DNA of 64,000 nt. Origin: Spongospora subterranea f. sp. subterranea (lineage: Eukaryota). The translations under genes were made by a program, and so were the position numbers. Location: contig JAUGWO010000091.1 in assembly GCA_049724395.1 (NCBI GenBank), forward strand, positions 62,001-126,000, read 5' to 3'. The notes under the pieces are model-generated. The model did no database searches. It was not told the DNA's origin and saw only the letters and a list, made by a program, of their open reading frames with translations. Shown here one piece after another: positions 25,625-40,605 of the stretch. How positions within the stretch are numbered: position 1 is the stretch's first letter; each line of letters starts with the position of its first letter.

Positions 25625-27018
25625 ATGATGACCATGAACAACGTCAGGAGATGTGTTCGTCGCTTGTCGCAGGCCCAGCCGATGACGTCGGCCGATATGA
25701 CCAAATCCACTAGGAAAGCGTTTTTCAAGGATGCGGCGCTAGGGGCAGGAGCATCGGACTGGCTCGTCGATCCACGTATGTGTTGATATCACTGAACGCG
25801 GTTCTGTTTGAGGATTCTGTAATTCATGACGATATATTTCCAAAGGAGCAAGCGTGGCTCGGCCGCAGGATTGGTGGCATGTTGACGGCAGAATTAAAGA
25901 GGCCATCTGGCAGCTGCACAGTAGTGAGCCAGGCAAGTGGACCGTACTGGCGCTAAGCGACCAGTTTGGTCTGCACACAAACAGGATCGAAGCGATATTA
26001 CACTTAAAACACGACGAGAAGACAAATTGGAAGCCAGGTTGGGTATGTTGAACAATTTCAATGTAAAAATGCTGACGGTTTTTTCAAAGAGGACCTTCAT
26101 GACGATTTAGAAGCAGCCGCTGAATCTGCCATTGAGCTCTATCGGCTTGAGCATAAATGTATAGGGCAAAACGACGAAAGTCCAGGTCAAATAGCTTCAT
26201 CAGCTGCAGTATCATTACTCTTTTGTTCACTCAACTTGACAGATGTTCAGCTGTTGCACTCTTGCTATGAACTGATCTACGCGTACATCAAAGCTGTTCA
26301 AACGGTACGTGGCGAAAACGACCTCCTTGGATATAATTACCAGTTGACGATTTCGTCAAGGTCGAAAAAACGCAGTCCAACATCAATAAAACCGAACAAG
26401 AAACGGAGCGTTTACTTTTAAAGCAAGAGTTGGATGCTGCCCTAGAAACACAGCATAAGGTGGGATAACTCACAATGACCCTTCGACGAACGCTGACACC
26501 GAATCAAAAGTCATTTAATTCGTTGAGGTCTTTGTTGCGCCCAGATCTTTCACGCCCTGTCCAAGACTTTGAGATGTTCGAGCCAAAGAAGCACGGGAAG
26601 TTCGCGCCTCCCCCGGTATTCGATTTAGCAATCCAGGGGAGGCTGCTGCCGCTTCCAACCCAGGGGCCGGGATCAGGCAAAGTATAGCTTCCACCTGTGC
26701 TGTGTCGCCTTTTTATGTTGTTGATGATCGTATCTCCAAGGTTATTGTTGATGCAGAAACCGCTGCCGCTAACCGCCATCGGACAAACCGTCATACGATC
26801 ATCATCACCGACATATCGAAGTTAGATTATCCGTTTCCCTTCTCCAATCAACCGACCTCTAACACTTGTTGTGAAGAGACAAGTCCGATGGCGCTGTCAA
26901 AGTTGTTGTTCGCCAGAAGGACGGCAGCCTTCGTCATCCTACGCGAAATGAATTGGAGAGAGCCACACAAATGGAAAAGGCAGTTCCCCGCGATCGCAAC
27001 GTTCTCTATGACGACTAA
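25625..27018 (+). CDS. Mitochondrial small-subunit ribosomal protein mS45-like (Bot1/GCD1 family)
   Basis: Arg-rich N-terminal presequence (MNNVRRCVRRLS). IKEAIWQLHSSEPGKWTVLALSDQFGLHTNRIEAILHLK and C-terminal VVVRQKDGSLRHPTRNE resemble the mS45 motifs as I recall them. Confidence 0.6.
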
Positions 27019-29519
27019 ATATACATCAATGATTATTTGTACACCGTTGGCCCAGTATTCACACTATATCAAAACCCGCCATCGATCTGTATCTCCGGTT
27101 CGTCGTGTGATCATTTTTTCACATTTTGATCATCGCGACCTGATTCATGATATCATGTCGCACACGAGAATGCAATACCCAAACTTGGACCACAGGCAAC
27201 TCAGCGAGGTCTGAATTTCCGCTGCAAACCTGACGTTCAAGCAGTCCTGAAACAATGGAAGAAGCGCGACCGCTCAGGGACGACAAGTTCGCTTAGAACA
27301 TGTGGGCCAACTGAAAATGCTGATGTCAGGTTCAAAATCACCCTGCCTGTCGATTGCAAACGCACGCCCCATTAAAGACCTTGCAGCTGCCGATATGTAT
27401 GCAAAATCGGAGTGCGACCCCTGAATTTCGTTGTTTCGCTGGTGTAATCACCGGATAGAGTCAATGCTCCAAAATATGATTGCCATGGCAGCGCGGCTGC
27501 AAACCGTTCGCAAAATGAGCGATACCAACGGGCGATTTATCGTTGAGCAGCACTGGGCGGTTTGCGATCACGATTCTCTCGCTTCTCACACGCTCAGCGG
27601 GTTCTCCGAACTCAGCGGGAAAGCCCCGATCTTCACCCGCAGCTACCAGCTCAACTGGGTGGCGGAAATCCGGGAAATGCCCATCGGTCGATCCCGATTC
27701 ACCTCGAATATTTTGCTCGCGATGATATCGTACCAGGCGGCGCCTTCACCAACGGTGATGAGAATGCGTTCACCCGACAGCTGTTGGGCGTACTTCGACC
27801 ATTATGTTTTACGATTGCGATTTGTTGCCCGTTTTTGCGTGCAATGGTCATCCGAAACGGCGAAAACAAATGCACCAGATTGCTGTTGAGCGAATGCTTC
27901 TACACCGATCTGAGCATCATAACGATTCATTGTTTCTCCTCTCATGTGGCAATATAACGAGTGCCGCATTCGTCTACTCAAAGCGGTAATGTGCTTGTTT
28001 TGTTTGAAAGGATAAACAACGAACAGTATATGAATCGGGCGGAACAACGTCTCTCAACCGACGATGACTTCGGGCGCTGTTGCTCAGATCCGTTGTCAAA
28101 AGCGGGGTTGCAAACTCAACATTCTGCAATTCCAGAATGACCGCTGGCGCTCTGACGATGCTCTAGGGAGCTCTGCTTGTGCTCAACATTATCAACAGAC
28201 ATTTGCATTGCAGCCATCAGCTCGGTGGAAGAATAGTGTAATGAAATGTAGAACGAGGACGGCGGTCAAGGCTTGCACGAACATCGCTGATTGATTTAAA
28301 AAAAGCTGTTGACTCAATAAGGTGTTCGTACTAAGTGATTCTGGATGAAATAATGCTCAAACTTTCGGTTCTCAAAGCAAAGAGGAAGATTGAATATTTA
28401 AAACAACAATCTTGAACTGAGTAACGCCGTCAAAGCATCAACAAATTTCAGAACATCCCGTTTGTGATGAATGTCAAGAAATCTTGATAGAATTTGAGGG
28501 CCATCCTCACGATGTGTTTCAAATGATATTCCAGAGAACTCGTCTCTCTTTACTCGTCTCTTTTGCAGAAATGTTTTGCTCGGCTAAGGGATTTTCGACG
28601 GATACAGGCAGGCCATCGCCAGAGCGAGCAAGGTTAATACCAGATGGGCATCATTTGTCTCATTTTCAGAGCGTATCAGCGCTTGCACAAAAAGAGAGAA
28701 CAGAATTCTGATTGTAATGATAACGGTACGTCGACGTACACAGGATAAAACCCACGCCCACGACGATCTGTTCGTGCAGTGCAGCGATTGAGCCCTCTGC
28801 TCTTTGTCAGCAAGTTCTGAAAGTTTTCCATTATCAAAAGAGAAACTATCCCAATCAGCACGAGATCAACGACGGCGCCTAGCTGATGACCCTTGTACAG
28901 CACTGGTTGTTGATCTCATGGAGGCTGCAGCAGTATCTGCTTAACCGGCGTTTGCTGTAATCATCAGCAATTTGCTCGGAATCCATAGACCACCAGATGA
29001 TGGCAGCACCAATCTGAAAGTAGCTGATTGCTGATACGTTGATTAGGCACTTGCTCTTTTGAAGATGAGATATTTCTATAAATTGTAGACAAAGAGCAGA
29101 TAACTCAATCGCTGCACGATCGACTGGATCCTCGTTGATGGCACTGTTTGACTGTGGTCTGATGGCGCTACCAGTATACAAGTATCTATTCCGAGCAGTT
29201 GTTCAGACAGAAATCGCTGCCTTGGACCTTTACAGAATCAATCCTGATGTTCTCCTGGAAGGCGATACCAGCGCAGCGCTGACCAGAGGTATAAAACATC
29301 TTGGCTAAACGTCGCATTGGTGCAATGCTCTTATGACGCAGGGCAGGAATGCAACAATCACCGAACGGCCATTCAATCCAGGCATTTTGATGAACAAATA
29401 CGATTGCGATGCGCTGGTAGAGACGTCCAACACAAATTGACTGATTTCCAGGTTTGGACTAATTTGTACATACAAATACAGATCAATACAAAAAAATTGC
29501 CAATTGCCAAAAAAAAACA

Positions 29520-29592
29520 AGCCTGTGCCGAGATTCGAACTCGGAATCTCGTGCTCCGTAGGCACGCGCCTTGACCATTGGGCCACACAAGC
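29520..29592 (-). tRNA. tRNA-Arg (ACG)
   Basis: GCTTGTG..TGGCCCAATGGTCAAGGCG-CGTGC-CTACGGA-GCACG..CCGAG-TTCGAAT-CTCGG-CACAGGC, followed by a T9 terminator. Confidence 0.95.
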
Positions 29593-30595
29593 AATTAGAT
29601 GAGTGGCAATCTATGCATTTCTAACATATGCGTGTCTACGTTGAAACACAGAGAGTACACACTATGACCCTTATGACTCACTGAAGGTATCGATATCCTG
29701 GCACAAACATTTCGAAACCAAGGCCATAATGAATTGTAAAAATCATCGCCGATCCAGTGACGATCAACGCTAGGCCGCCAGGCAAGGGTGACTGCAGAGA
29801 TTGCGCTCATGTTGTAACGTAGATCCGCATATGTTAGAGACGTATTGATAAGTCGATTGCTTATTCATTGCGTTAAACATGAAGAACGCAACGATCCATA
29901 TTTTCAATATCGTCATCGACCCGTATCCATTTCTTGTTTGCCGCAAACTGGCATTTAGTGATGGGCATTGATTATCGGCATTGATTATCGACTTTCCTAG
30001 TTTTGCACATGAAGATAAGTAATGTAACCTGTAAGTACGGGCCCGCATACCTGCAAGTAAGAACACATGTGTACAACAACACGATCTTTTTGATGTTGTC
30101 TGCGGAACAGACTAAAAAAAATGGGAAATCAGAGGCAAAATAAAAGGAGAATACTATTTCTAATGTTCTTATGAAACGCTTGTTTCACAGCAGGAAAATC
30201 AAAACAGTTGAAGATGATACTTCAAACGCAGTACTGAAATTATGCCGATAACCTATATGAGCCGGTCCTTATATTGTCCCGACCCTCTCCCTGCCCAACC
30301 TGCCAGTTGATTGCGCCTCAATATCATCACAACCCCAGTTCAGTGTCGCGATGAATTGATTGCCGGGGCGCTCTACGCCTATGGCTCCAATGTTCTGCTT
30401 CATCACTGTCACTTGGTTCTAACGTAATAACGCTGTGGTAACGTGTTCGATCGAGTGTAGAGGCGCAACGCAACCAACAGGCGGTGCATTGCAACGTCGA
30501 TATTAGTGCGCGAGCGGGATCAAGTCCGGCCGGACTGAGACTGAGTATCGAAGGAGCAAAGTCCCAATTTCATACCCGATTTATTCGTGCAATCG

Positions 30596-32910
30596 ATGTT
30601 ATCAAGATGTGCTCGCCATGGGACACTGCCGCTTTTGGCTGATTCTATTGCGATGGTCCCGCGCCGATTGACGTCGATCGAGACTGTTCCGGCTGTCAAC
30701 TCGGCTCTCAGGGCGAATTCAACCGCCACGGGAACGATTGCCGAGTCCAGCTCACCCGCCACTGAAACTGGGTCCAGAGTTGCAACTGGAACCATCCACA
30801 GAAAATCTCGAGGTAATTTTTGTCGTCAGTCGTAATGAAACAAAACGTTAAATTGCTTAGATGTCTGGGGACGTCGTATCAAATGGGGGATAATTACCGC
30901 TGCGATTGGAGGTGGAGCCTATTTCTTCGCAGAACAAATTCGGCACGCCAACCAAAACGGCTCAGTTCCTCCTGGCTCAGCTAGATCAGGCCGAGACAGT
31001 TGAGAGCAAATGCCAGATCTTGAGCGCTATGCAAATGGGGACTTCTATGTCCGACGCAGTTAAAGAAGGCATTGTCGACGCTAATGGTCTTCCAGTAATC
31101 AACGAACTATTCAACACAGAATCACCAGAGATCCGTCGTTTGTCGGCCGCTCTTCTAATGGATATTACGCAAAATCGTAATATCTTCTTCTCAGTAATGG
31201 TTGTATAGATTCAGATTGTTTTTGCTTTAGCGAGTTTAACGAGCTCCATCATGGATTGCCCTGGATTACTGCATAACATTATTAAGAATGTGAATGATCC
31301 AAACAAGGAGACCTCCATGAACAGTTTACTGACGTTAACTATTCTTTGCAACAACGCCATTGATATTAAGCTGAAAGCGTAAGCTGATTTTCACAGTATA
31401 CACACTCAGCTCTCTTTGACGTGTTTGTAGTTTTGAAGCTGGTGCCTTGCATCGACTGATCGCATCGGTTCGCAATCCTGATCTTGATATTGCACATGTG
31501 TCTTGCACAGCCATCGGATCCATTGTCAAAAATTTTCCTCAACCAGACCGGCTCGTTTCTTCATTGAATAAGAAAGATAAAATGGCGGTCGTTGCATCCA
31601 TATCCCAGTGCGTCAGCTAAGTCTTGTAGTTTAACAAAATTATTTACTTTTTGTTGCTATCAGGCTTGGTCAGAGTTATGTTCAGCAAGGGTTGAGGAAT
31701 CCTGCCATTGACGCGTTTCAGACATGTTTGTCGTTAGACCCTTGTAATCCTAATATACATAATGTAATTGGGCAGCTATTGCAAATGAATGGACAGTTTC
31801 TAGAGGTACAATTTTCTGGCTGGAGCATTTTATGCTATTTTTTTACTCTGGGATAGGCAAATGAACATTTTCGTTTGGCGATTAAATTTGCTCCGGGTCT
31901 ATTAGAGGCACATTATAACCTGGCGGTAAACTTGACAACCCATGGGACTCGCAAGGATAAGGTCGAGGCTGTGAAAAGGTGTCAGCGGTTCTTGAATGGG
32001 AACTCCATTGTGATTGTTGTGCTTTTTAGAATGAGGGAAGCACTGCCTTATATTGATCCCGCACACCCGAACCGAGTTGACCTCATGTTTCTGTTAGCCA
32101 AAACTCTTGACGGTCTAGATAGAATACCTGGTAATTTTATTCTTTGCACACACAATTTGTTGTTGATAATTTTCTTAGAAGCGTGTCGTGTGTATGAGGA
32201 ATTAACACGGTCCGCGCCCAGCCTATGGAAAGCGCATCTATCATTGGGCCGTCTTTATCTCAAGCTAGACGACACAAAACGAGCGCTGAAGGCTCTCTCA
32301 ACTGCGTCACTATTACAGCCTTATGATTCTCAAACCCACTATCAGCTTGCTTTATGCCATTATCGCTCTCATCGCCTTGTAAGTACAAACATTTCTGTCT
32401 TCCTTTTAATGATTTCATGATACGTTGTGCTATACGCACCATGTCTTGACTCAATGAGGTTTGTTGATATTGGATTAACAGGAGGATGCTGCATCTGAAT
32501 GTGATCGCGCCTTGGCTGTTGGTTCTCAAAGTTCGACGTTACCCAACGCATATCTTCTTCGAGGAAAGTTATACGCCAATTGTGGCGCTTGGCAAAAGGC
32601 ATTGGAATGTTTCCAACAACTCGTCCTCTTGCGCCCCGATCAACCAGATGGGCATTATCAGGTTGCCAGGGCACTTGAAAATCTTGGGCGAATGAATGAA
32701 TCTGACGAAGAACTATGTAAAACTCTTGACTCTTGGTCGAAAGCGATGTCGTCAAAGCCACTCGCCATGAGCAAAAAGTTTTTTGAGACTCATCCAGCTG
32801 ATGCGCGAATTTTTGAATTGATTGGGCAACGACGTCAAGATGCTTCACAGTCACCGCAACATCAAATGCTTGTCAAAAAATATGATTTGTTCAAAGCGGC
32901 CATTTTTTAG
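30596..32910 (+). CDS. ARM-repeat plus TPR-repeat protein with putative mitochondrial presequence and TM anchor; +1 frameshift at ~30954-30957
   Basis: ARM-like GIVDANGLPVINELF..EIRRLSAALL and AGALHRLIASVRNPDLDIAHVSCTAIG. TPRs AIKFAPGLLEAHYNLA, LQPYDSQTHYQLA and LRPDQPDGHYQVARAL. Confidence 0.75.
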
Positions 32911-33122
32911 ATTGTCATAAGTCACTAAATAAATTTGTTTCATTAACAATTTGTTTGTCCAAGGCATTTTTCATTGTGCATACAAAAATTTTCGTCAGCT
33001 TAAGCTTGCGCTTGAAGTTCAAAAATTGTCAGCGAGAAATCTACAGGTACAAAGTAGAAAGATTACCGGGTACGGTTCCTTAGGTCAACACAAGTATCAG
33101 GACCATAGTCAGTTAACTATCA

Positions 33123-35127
33123 ATGGAAACCGAAAGAGAATCAGTTCGACGATGATGATGAGCCGATTCAAACACCGATATTCGAGCCAGTTATTCTCTC
33201 CACAAAGGATATAATCAGCCAACAGAACCTGGAGAGAATCGAATCACTGGAAGTGCTGGAAGAGGCGCTAACAATTACCAAAGGAGTCCGTTATCCCGAA
33301 AACTTTCCCTGTTTCATAAACTCAATCGTTCGCGTCTATCAGATTTCTGATCCACGAATTGTCTGGAAAGAATCCAAGCTCTACAATGAAAGGTTACTGA
33401 CCAGGATTTTCAACGATGACGTACAGAACAACGCCAGAAGAAAACTACTCCATTCCGAATCAGATGTGAGCGTTGCACGACTATGAACGAAATCCAGCTC
33501 AGAAATCATGCACAGATGCGATCACATTTGATTCGGGACAACAAGTACTCTCAGGTCAAGAAGAGGATTGAACGCGATTTCGATCGGAAAAGGGTTATAC
33601 TATCAAGTAAGAACGACGGCCAGTTCATCGTTCGCGGCAGTTTGACGTGATGAACAGATTCTCCTCGATTCAATGCAGTGATTTTCTGTCCATACGGTCA
33701 AGCTTTGTTCTATCAGCAAGTTGACAAGATTTTCGTGGCCGTGTTTTCCAACGCCATACTAGGTTTGAAACGCCTTTTTGCAGAAATCATGTCTGACGGA
33801 AATCGTAGCTGTTTACGATCGTCGTCAGGATGAACCTTTTGAGGTTCGGGATTTTCTGGCCGTGGCGGTTCCCGATCTCGCCTGTGTCTGTTTGAAATCT
33901 TCGGCCGTCAGCGCGCCCACTGATCCAGCTGAAGGAATGATGGTTCTCGAGCTGTTTTGGGTCACTCATCCTACATCTGAATCCCCGATGACAGCCAGCA
34001 TTATCAAGGTTCATCTTCATAAAACCCATGAACCCGCTCGAAAACACATCAAATTGGTGAGATCGTTTGTGGCGCTAGTGTTCACATTTGCGATTTTGAT
34101 GTTGTACATTTCTGGGAACAAACGTGGTTTCATAATGATATCATGATCGCCATCGCCACTAACAGGAAAATGCAATTCAGGTCGAGAGAGTTCAAGTGGT
34201 TAACGTTTTTGACAAAGAATTGTGTTCTCCGCCGCAGAAAGCGGTTTATTGCAAGTCCAATAATTGTATTGTGACTTGCCATGGAAGTATTGTTTACCTA
34301 ATCGCGGCAGACAATCTCGAGATACGGACCAAACTCGACCTAGCTGTGGCGTTGCGTTTACCAGTTTCGCCCAACGACCAGGCCGATATACACCGGATCA
34401 CAACGATCGTAGTGAAGGGGACACAGTTCTACGTCAGTTTATGGAGTGGTTGTCTGATCCAGCTCCAGGCCGGTATTAGCGCCAACACATTACGCCCATC
34501 GCTGGTTCAGCAATACCGGGCTCTTGAGACGCTCATCGCCACCAGCGCGCGATTCCGACCCGACGACGACGATTCCGAACACGAACCGGACACGACCGAG
34601 GTGAAGTTGTCGTACGCCCCGACGACAATCTCAGGCATTGGATTAATTGGAAATGATGCCATCTTATGTGGATGCGGTGACGGGTCAGTACGACTCCAAA
34701 CATTAGCTGCTGGATCTGCAGGTACAACTGTGTCCTGAAACCGGGATGGCAAGGGGCCGCTGATTGCTTTCAACTGTTGACAGGAGATGAGGGATTCTAT
34801 ATGAACGTTGGGGAATACAAAGAGGCAGGGTATCTGCCAGCGTGTCTGTGCATGGCGATATGCAAGGAGAACAACATGTTGGTGACGTGCGACGCCGACA
34901 CGCGTTTGTCCATCTGGAACCTTAGCACGCGCCAGCTGATCGGTGTCTCGGTCATGGAGGGCATCAGACAGCCTTACGAAATTCACTTCAATCACAGCAA
35001 CGACGGGGTTGTGATAGCCGCCAACGATATTATCGCCACCTGGACTTTCGCTAATTGCCCGATCCTGGAACCGTCTGAGGATTCAGGGACACTGGAACCA
35101 ATGAACCGATCTCGTGTGAAACCGTGA
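33123..35127 (+). CDS. WD40/beta-propeller protein, multi-exon
   Basis: Beta-propeller-like segments ILCGCGDGSVRL and MLVTCDADTRLSIWNLSTRQ; the exons join by GT-AG introns. A start at 33123 requires assuming one extra A at ~33133. Confidence 0.6.
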
Positions 35128-35244
35128 CATTCACTATTGTGTGTACAAATTTCATTGAGATGTTCATTTATAATGAGGTGTCGAAAGTGGGTATGGCGCA
35201 AAACTATTGTGGGCATCATTACTGGGGAAAATAATTAACCACGA

Positions 35245-36239
<995 letters not shown>

Positions 36240-36311
36240 TTACAACACCACTGTTATTCACAGGGACTCGTCACGTGTGTGTGCACTGTGCAGTCGGCAT
36301 TCCGGCTCACG

Positions 36312-36443
36312 CACATTGGTTGGAATAAACTGCGTGACAGGTGAGCGCCACATCGGTTGGATAAACTGTGTGACAGGTGAGCGCACGTCGGTTGGAATAA
36401 ACTGCGTGACAGGTGAGCGCCACATCGTCGGAATAAACTGCGT
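36312..36443. repeat. ~36-37-bp minisatellite (~3.5 copies) upstream of Rab1
   Basis: Unit ~cacatcggttggaataaactgcgtgacaggtgagcgc in direct tandem with no spacers. Confidence 0.93.
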
Positions 36444-39400
36444 CTCATTGGTCTGTCTGTTGGTCAATACCGGGGTCAAATAATACAGATCATGAAAATC
36501 TCAGGGCGTTGACCACATTTGCCATTACGATTCTCTACGAATCTCCAAGACACCATCAGTCTTGTGCTCCATCTGCCCTATGGCATGTTTCGGCGACATC
36601 GTACAGTGCTCTCCGATCTGTTTGTCTGCCTTAGATTTGAACAATAATTTGGATATCACAATGTTGACGAAATACGTCGACCGACGATGGAGGACGTAAT
36701 TCTCTCCACATTTACAAGTTTCCAGTTGCTTGGTAAAGCCAGCACTATTTTTAAGAATAACAACGCTATCTCATTCATGAAATGCATCACTATTGCTGAT
36801 GGCGCCATAACCCGACCCCATTTAATCAAATTCTGGGATGAGAAAGTAGATAAAGGTCTCGCTGGTTAAAACAAGAACCCGTGGTTCAACTCATCGCCAA
36901 ATCGAACCAGTGTTGAGGTCAACCCAATGCCATTCGCATGACATGACACGAAAGACCGCTGAGGCAAACCAAACTGGAAAAGATGTAGGAGCCTAAGAAT
37001 TAGAAGATGGGAATCGTTCCAACAGAAGGAATATCAACGAGGAACTGGAAACGGTGATAGGAAAACCACCTAACTGCGATTGAATATTCCTAGGCAGTTT
37101 TGCCTATTGGACTTGAACATTACTCTTTTCGCTTTTCGATCCCGATGGCACTGAATCTACATCTCGAGATCGCAAGTTAGCATGTTTTCTATCAAGCGCG
37201 GAAACACACAAAAAGTCAGGAGCACAACTCTTGAGACAAGATCTGCTGTCAATATGTCCTGCGATGAAACTGAGGAATCAAAGCGATATTCGACAAAGGC
37301 CAAGTCGCTCCATCAAAATTCTTGGCAAACGTTCAGAACAATTCAGTGTCTGGAGAGTGAGCTGATCGGACATCGTTGTTCGATCTGAATACAGTCTCAA
37401 GGAGGCTATTTTGACGTAATCATCAATGAGAATGGATGACAGAATTGTTTGAGGTGTGAAGACCCGACGATCTAACAAACACCAATTACCGTCGCTATTG
37501 TTGCTGCATTTGCCTTATGGGAGACGAATACATTGACAACTGTGATTTGTTGACAGCATTTAAGTGGTTGGTGGACCACCATATTTTGATAAGATCACGA
37601 TAGGCAGTTGGGTTAACAGACTTGAGCGTGAGCAAGAAGTTCTCCGACCATATTGTCACATGTGCTGCATACCTATCAACCGATTTGACAAGTTATAATC
37701 GCAAATATTCCATACTCGATCAGAGATCACCGCATTGGCGGCTGTTATCGTTTCGTAATCATTGATAGTTGCAGGACCATCAATAGAATGTTTTAAATAT
37801 TGACTGAAATCTGAGTACTCTAAATATTCTAGATACTGTTTGATTGATAACTGAATTGTTGGCAATACCGTATATTAATGACGGTGGATCGGGTTTAAAG
37901 CTTGGAATAGAAGCAGATGGATACGCCAATCATAGTGGTTATGACACCCAATATCCCTTCTAAAAAATGGATAATACTCATTGAAAGCAATTGGCATCGA
38001 CGATCAAGGCGGATTAACCTGGGGATAATGGCCTCTCGCCAATAATCCGGCCGGTCAGGGCGGTGAACGATAGCGCCAACGCGTTAACAGACTGGCAAAG
38101 CCATCGATATGTCTGTGCAAATGCGCTGAGACGAGGAATGGAGCAATAAAACCCAGGTGACGCAACCTGAATTCTTCAAAGTATAAACGTAGAGAACAGA
38201 TCCCAACTGATTTATACCATATGGCAATATAAACTATGAACAAGGATTATTTACCCCATTAATCGTTATAACCAATACGGGATAATTCACCTTCCAATTG
38301 AGGAATATCCCAAATAAATCCCATAGACGGTTGTTGACGCCAGTTTGCGTTTTCGCTGGGCTAGTGCCCTTCTGGTTCAGGAACGGGTTTGTGCCTGATC
38401 AAGAGTGGGGTTAGGGCGCGGGTCGACCGGAACTGTTGGGTAAAGCGGTTCTCACAGCCCCAGAGGATTCCTGTCATGATCATGGCCATCAGATCCCCTC
38501 CAGCCATTGGGTTCTAGGGACGTCGCGGCTGTATGGCGCTATATGGGATCCCAATCACCTCTCGGACCGTGATTTAGGTCCTGAACCAAAGCCCCTCAAA
38601 AAAATTGCCAAATGGGAACGGCTTCGCCAATCAACAGTGAGAATATTTTTTTGGTAAATCCTCAGATTCCCATTATCGCTCTAAATAAGAAAATGAGGAC
38701 AAACCGATCCGTGATGAAGAAAAGCAGAATGATACAAGACTGGTTTGGATTGAGGGATCGGGGTTGGCGTTGCCTAAGGCGGTCAGAATACCTGGGCTCA
38801 GAAGCCGTATCCCGACCAATCAAATTGATTACGAGACGGCCTAGGCGTCGACTGATACTCGCGCTGGGAATTTACAGTGATGCCCCACCAACCAATGACC
38901 CAGATCATGGGATACATCAAAACAGACTCAGGTACCCCTGAGCTTCCTTCGCTTGGAGAACGATTACTTTCCTTCGAACCAGAAACTACAGTGATCCGAT
39001 TGAAGAGTCGACAAAAAATTCATCGACTAATCACTGCTTTTCGTTTGAGTTTTGAATATGGATGACAGCTCAAACAATGTTTTTATGCTTCTACGTGAAC
39101 GCTCTGGTGGGAAAATAAAACATGTTTTCGAGAGCAACCCTTAACAGAAACAATGTTGTTCAATCGGGCTTGTTTCCTTTATGAAAAAAAAGATCGACCT
39201 TTCCCTGAGTTGCCGTTGTTTTGAAGGACAATTGCGATAAGGAGTTGCAATAGTGACTGAGAGACTGCAGTATTCGGCACCAGTGATGGATGTGAAATCT
39301 GATCCCGGGCGTTGGCGCAAATCTCAATACGTAGTGTTCGCTCGTTTGTTTGTGATCGACTTCAGTGAGTCGAGCATTTTTATCTGCTAGCATGATGATA

Positions 39401-40605
39401 ATATCTCTACAGCTTTGAGAAAGTCGATCAACTTCTTTTGCGGATTTATGTTTGAGGGATACGCAGAGCTCTGCATGTTTGATATCAGCTTCCCAGAAAG
39501 ATTCCCATAATTGTTTCGGGTCGAAATTGGCGGATTCTACTCAAAAGCAAATAACTTTTCAATTTCGACCAACATTTCATGGGTTACGTTATTTTCGGTT
39601 ATGTTTTCCTGTTGCTCCTTTGCGAAGAAATGGGGATGAACGATCGGACTCATCGTGGTTTTCACGTCCTTGGTTGGGAGCGTTGACTTTGTTTTTGGCG
39701 TGTTCTGCACAAGAAAGTGGTACCGAGCCCTAAATTATTATATAGAGATTTAGGAATAAGGAAATTTTCCAATAATATTTATTGGTGGTTCTTGTACCTG
39801 CCCAGCGGGGATTAGTGGTTTGGCGTTGATCTTTTCCGTGCTGACTTTGAAGCACGTGGCTCATGGGCCATGTTTTTTTTGGTTTTAGCGAGCTTCTCTT
39901 TGAGAGCCTCCGCTTGCAATATGGCTTTGACTGTGGCTTGTTGTTTAATCCACTTAGCCATGCATTCGGACGTCAATGTACTGATTGCCAATGATACCGT
40001 CTCGTTGTCGAATGCCTTTAACAAAATGTTTCTCTTCGCTCTGTTTAAGAAGCAAAGATTTGATAAGTGGAGAACGAGGCATATGCCTCGGAGGGGCTAG
40101 ACGTTGAGATGAACAACCTCGGGGACGGGGACGAGCCAACCCACCTCCTTGGAACGAGTCCTGGTTCAGATGCTACATGTTGTACTCGCTTCCCGCGAGA
40201 ACTTCAAAGCTGCTGTCCAAGACAGCAGCCGCAAAGCTGCTGAAAAGCATGAACAGGCTCATCAAACCAGAGGCCGTCGAAGCCCTGAGTGCTCAAATAG
40301 TTTCATAAATGGGTGGTTGGTGTTGTGGTCATCTCAACGTCTGACTCTCCAAGGCATAGGTATGTCTCGTTGTCCATTTCGGAGAACCCTTTCGAAAGAG
40401 TACAGACCTGCTGCACTGTACTGTATCAGGTAGTGTACCTACAGACCACAGGGTACAGTGGTCGCTGACATAGGTGGCGCTGTGACAGTAGCACTGGGGT
40501 GCGCGGCCTAATAGTACAGGTACAGGACGACTGTATTTGGTCAATTGGTCTATTGGCGCCGCTGAATCTCTGATCCATTGAAACTAAGGCAAATTCCTGG
40601 CAAAG

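Noticed and set aside
36312..36443. CRISPR-like array (36-37-bp repeats)
   Set aside because: The repeats are directly adjacent with no unique spacers, there are no cas genes, and the context is eukaryotic. It is a minisatellite.
36687..40140. Short ORFs in the Rab1-upstream gap (e.g. 39812..40024, 39160..39393)
   Set aside because: They could not be joined into a coherent spliced gene, contain many stops and show no recognisable motifs. They may be decayed repeats.
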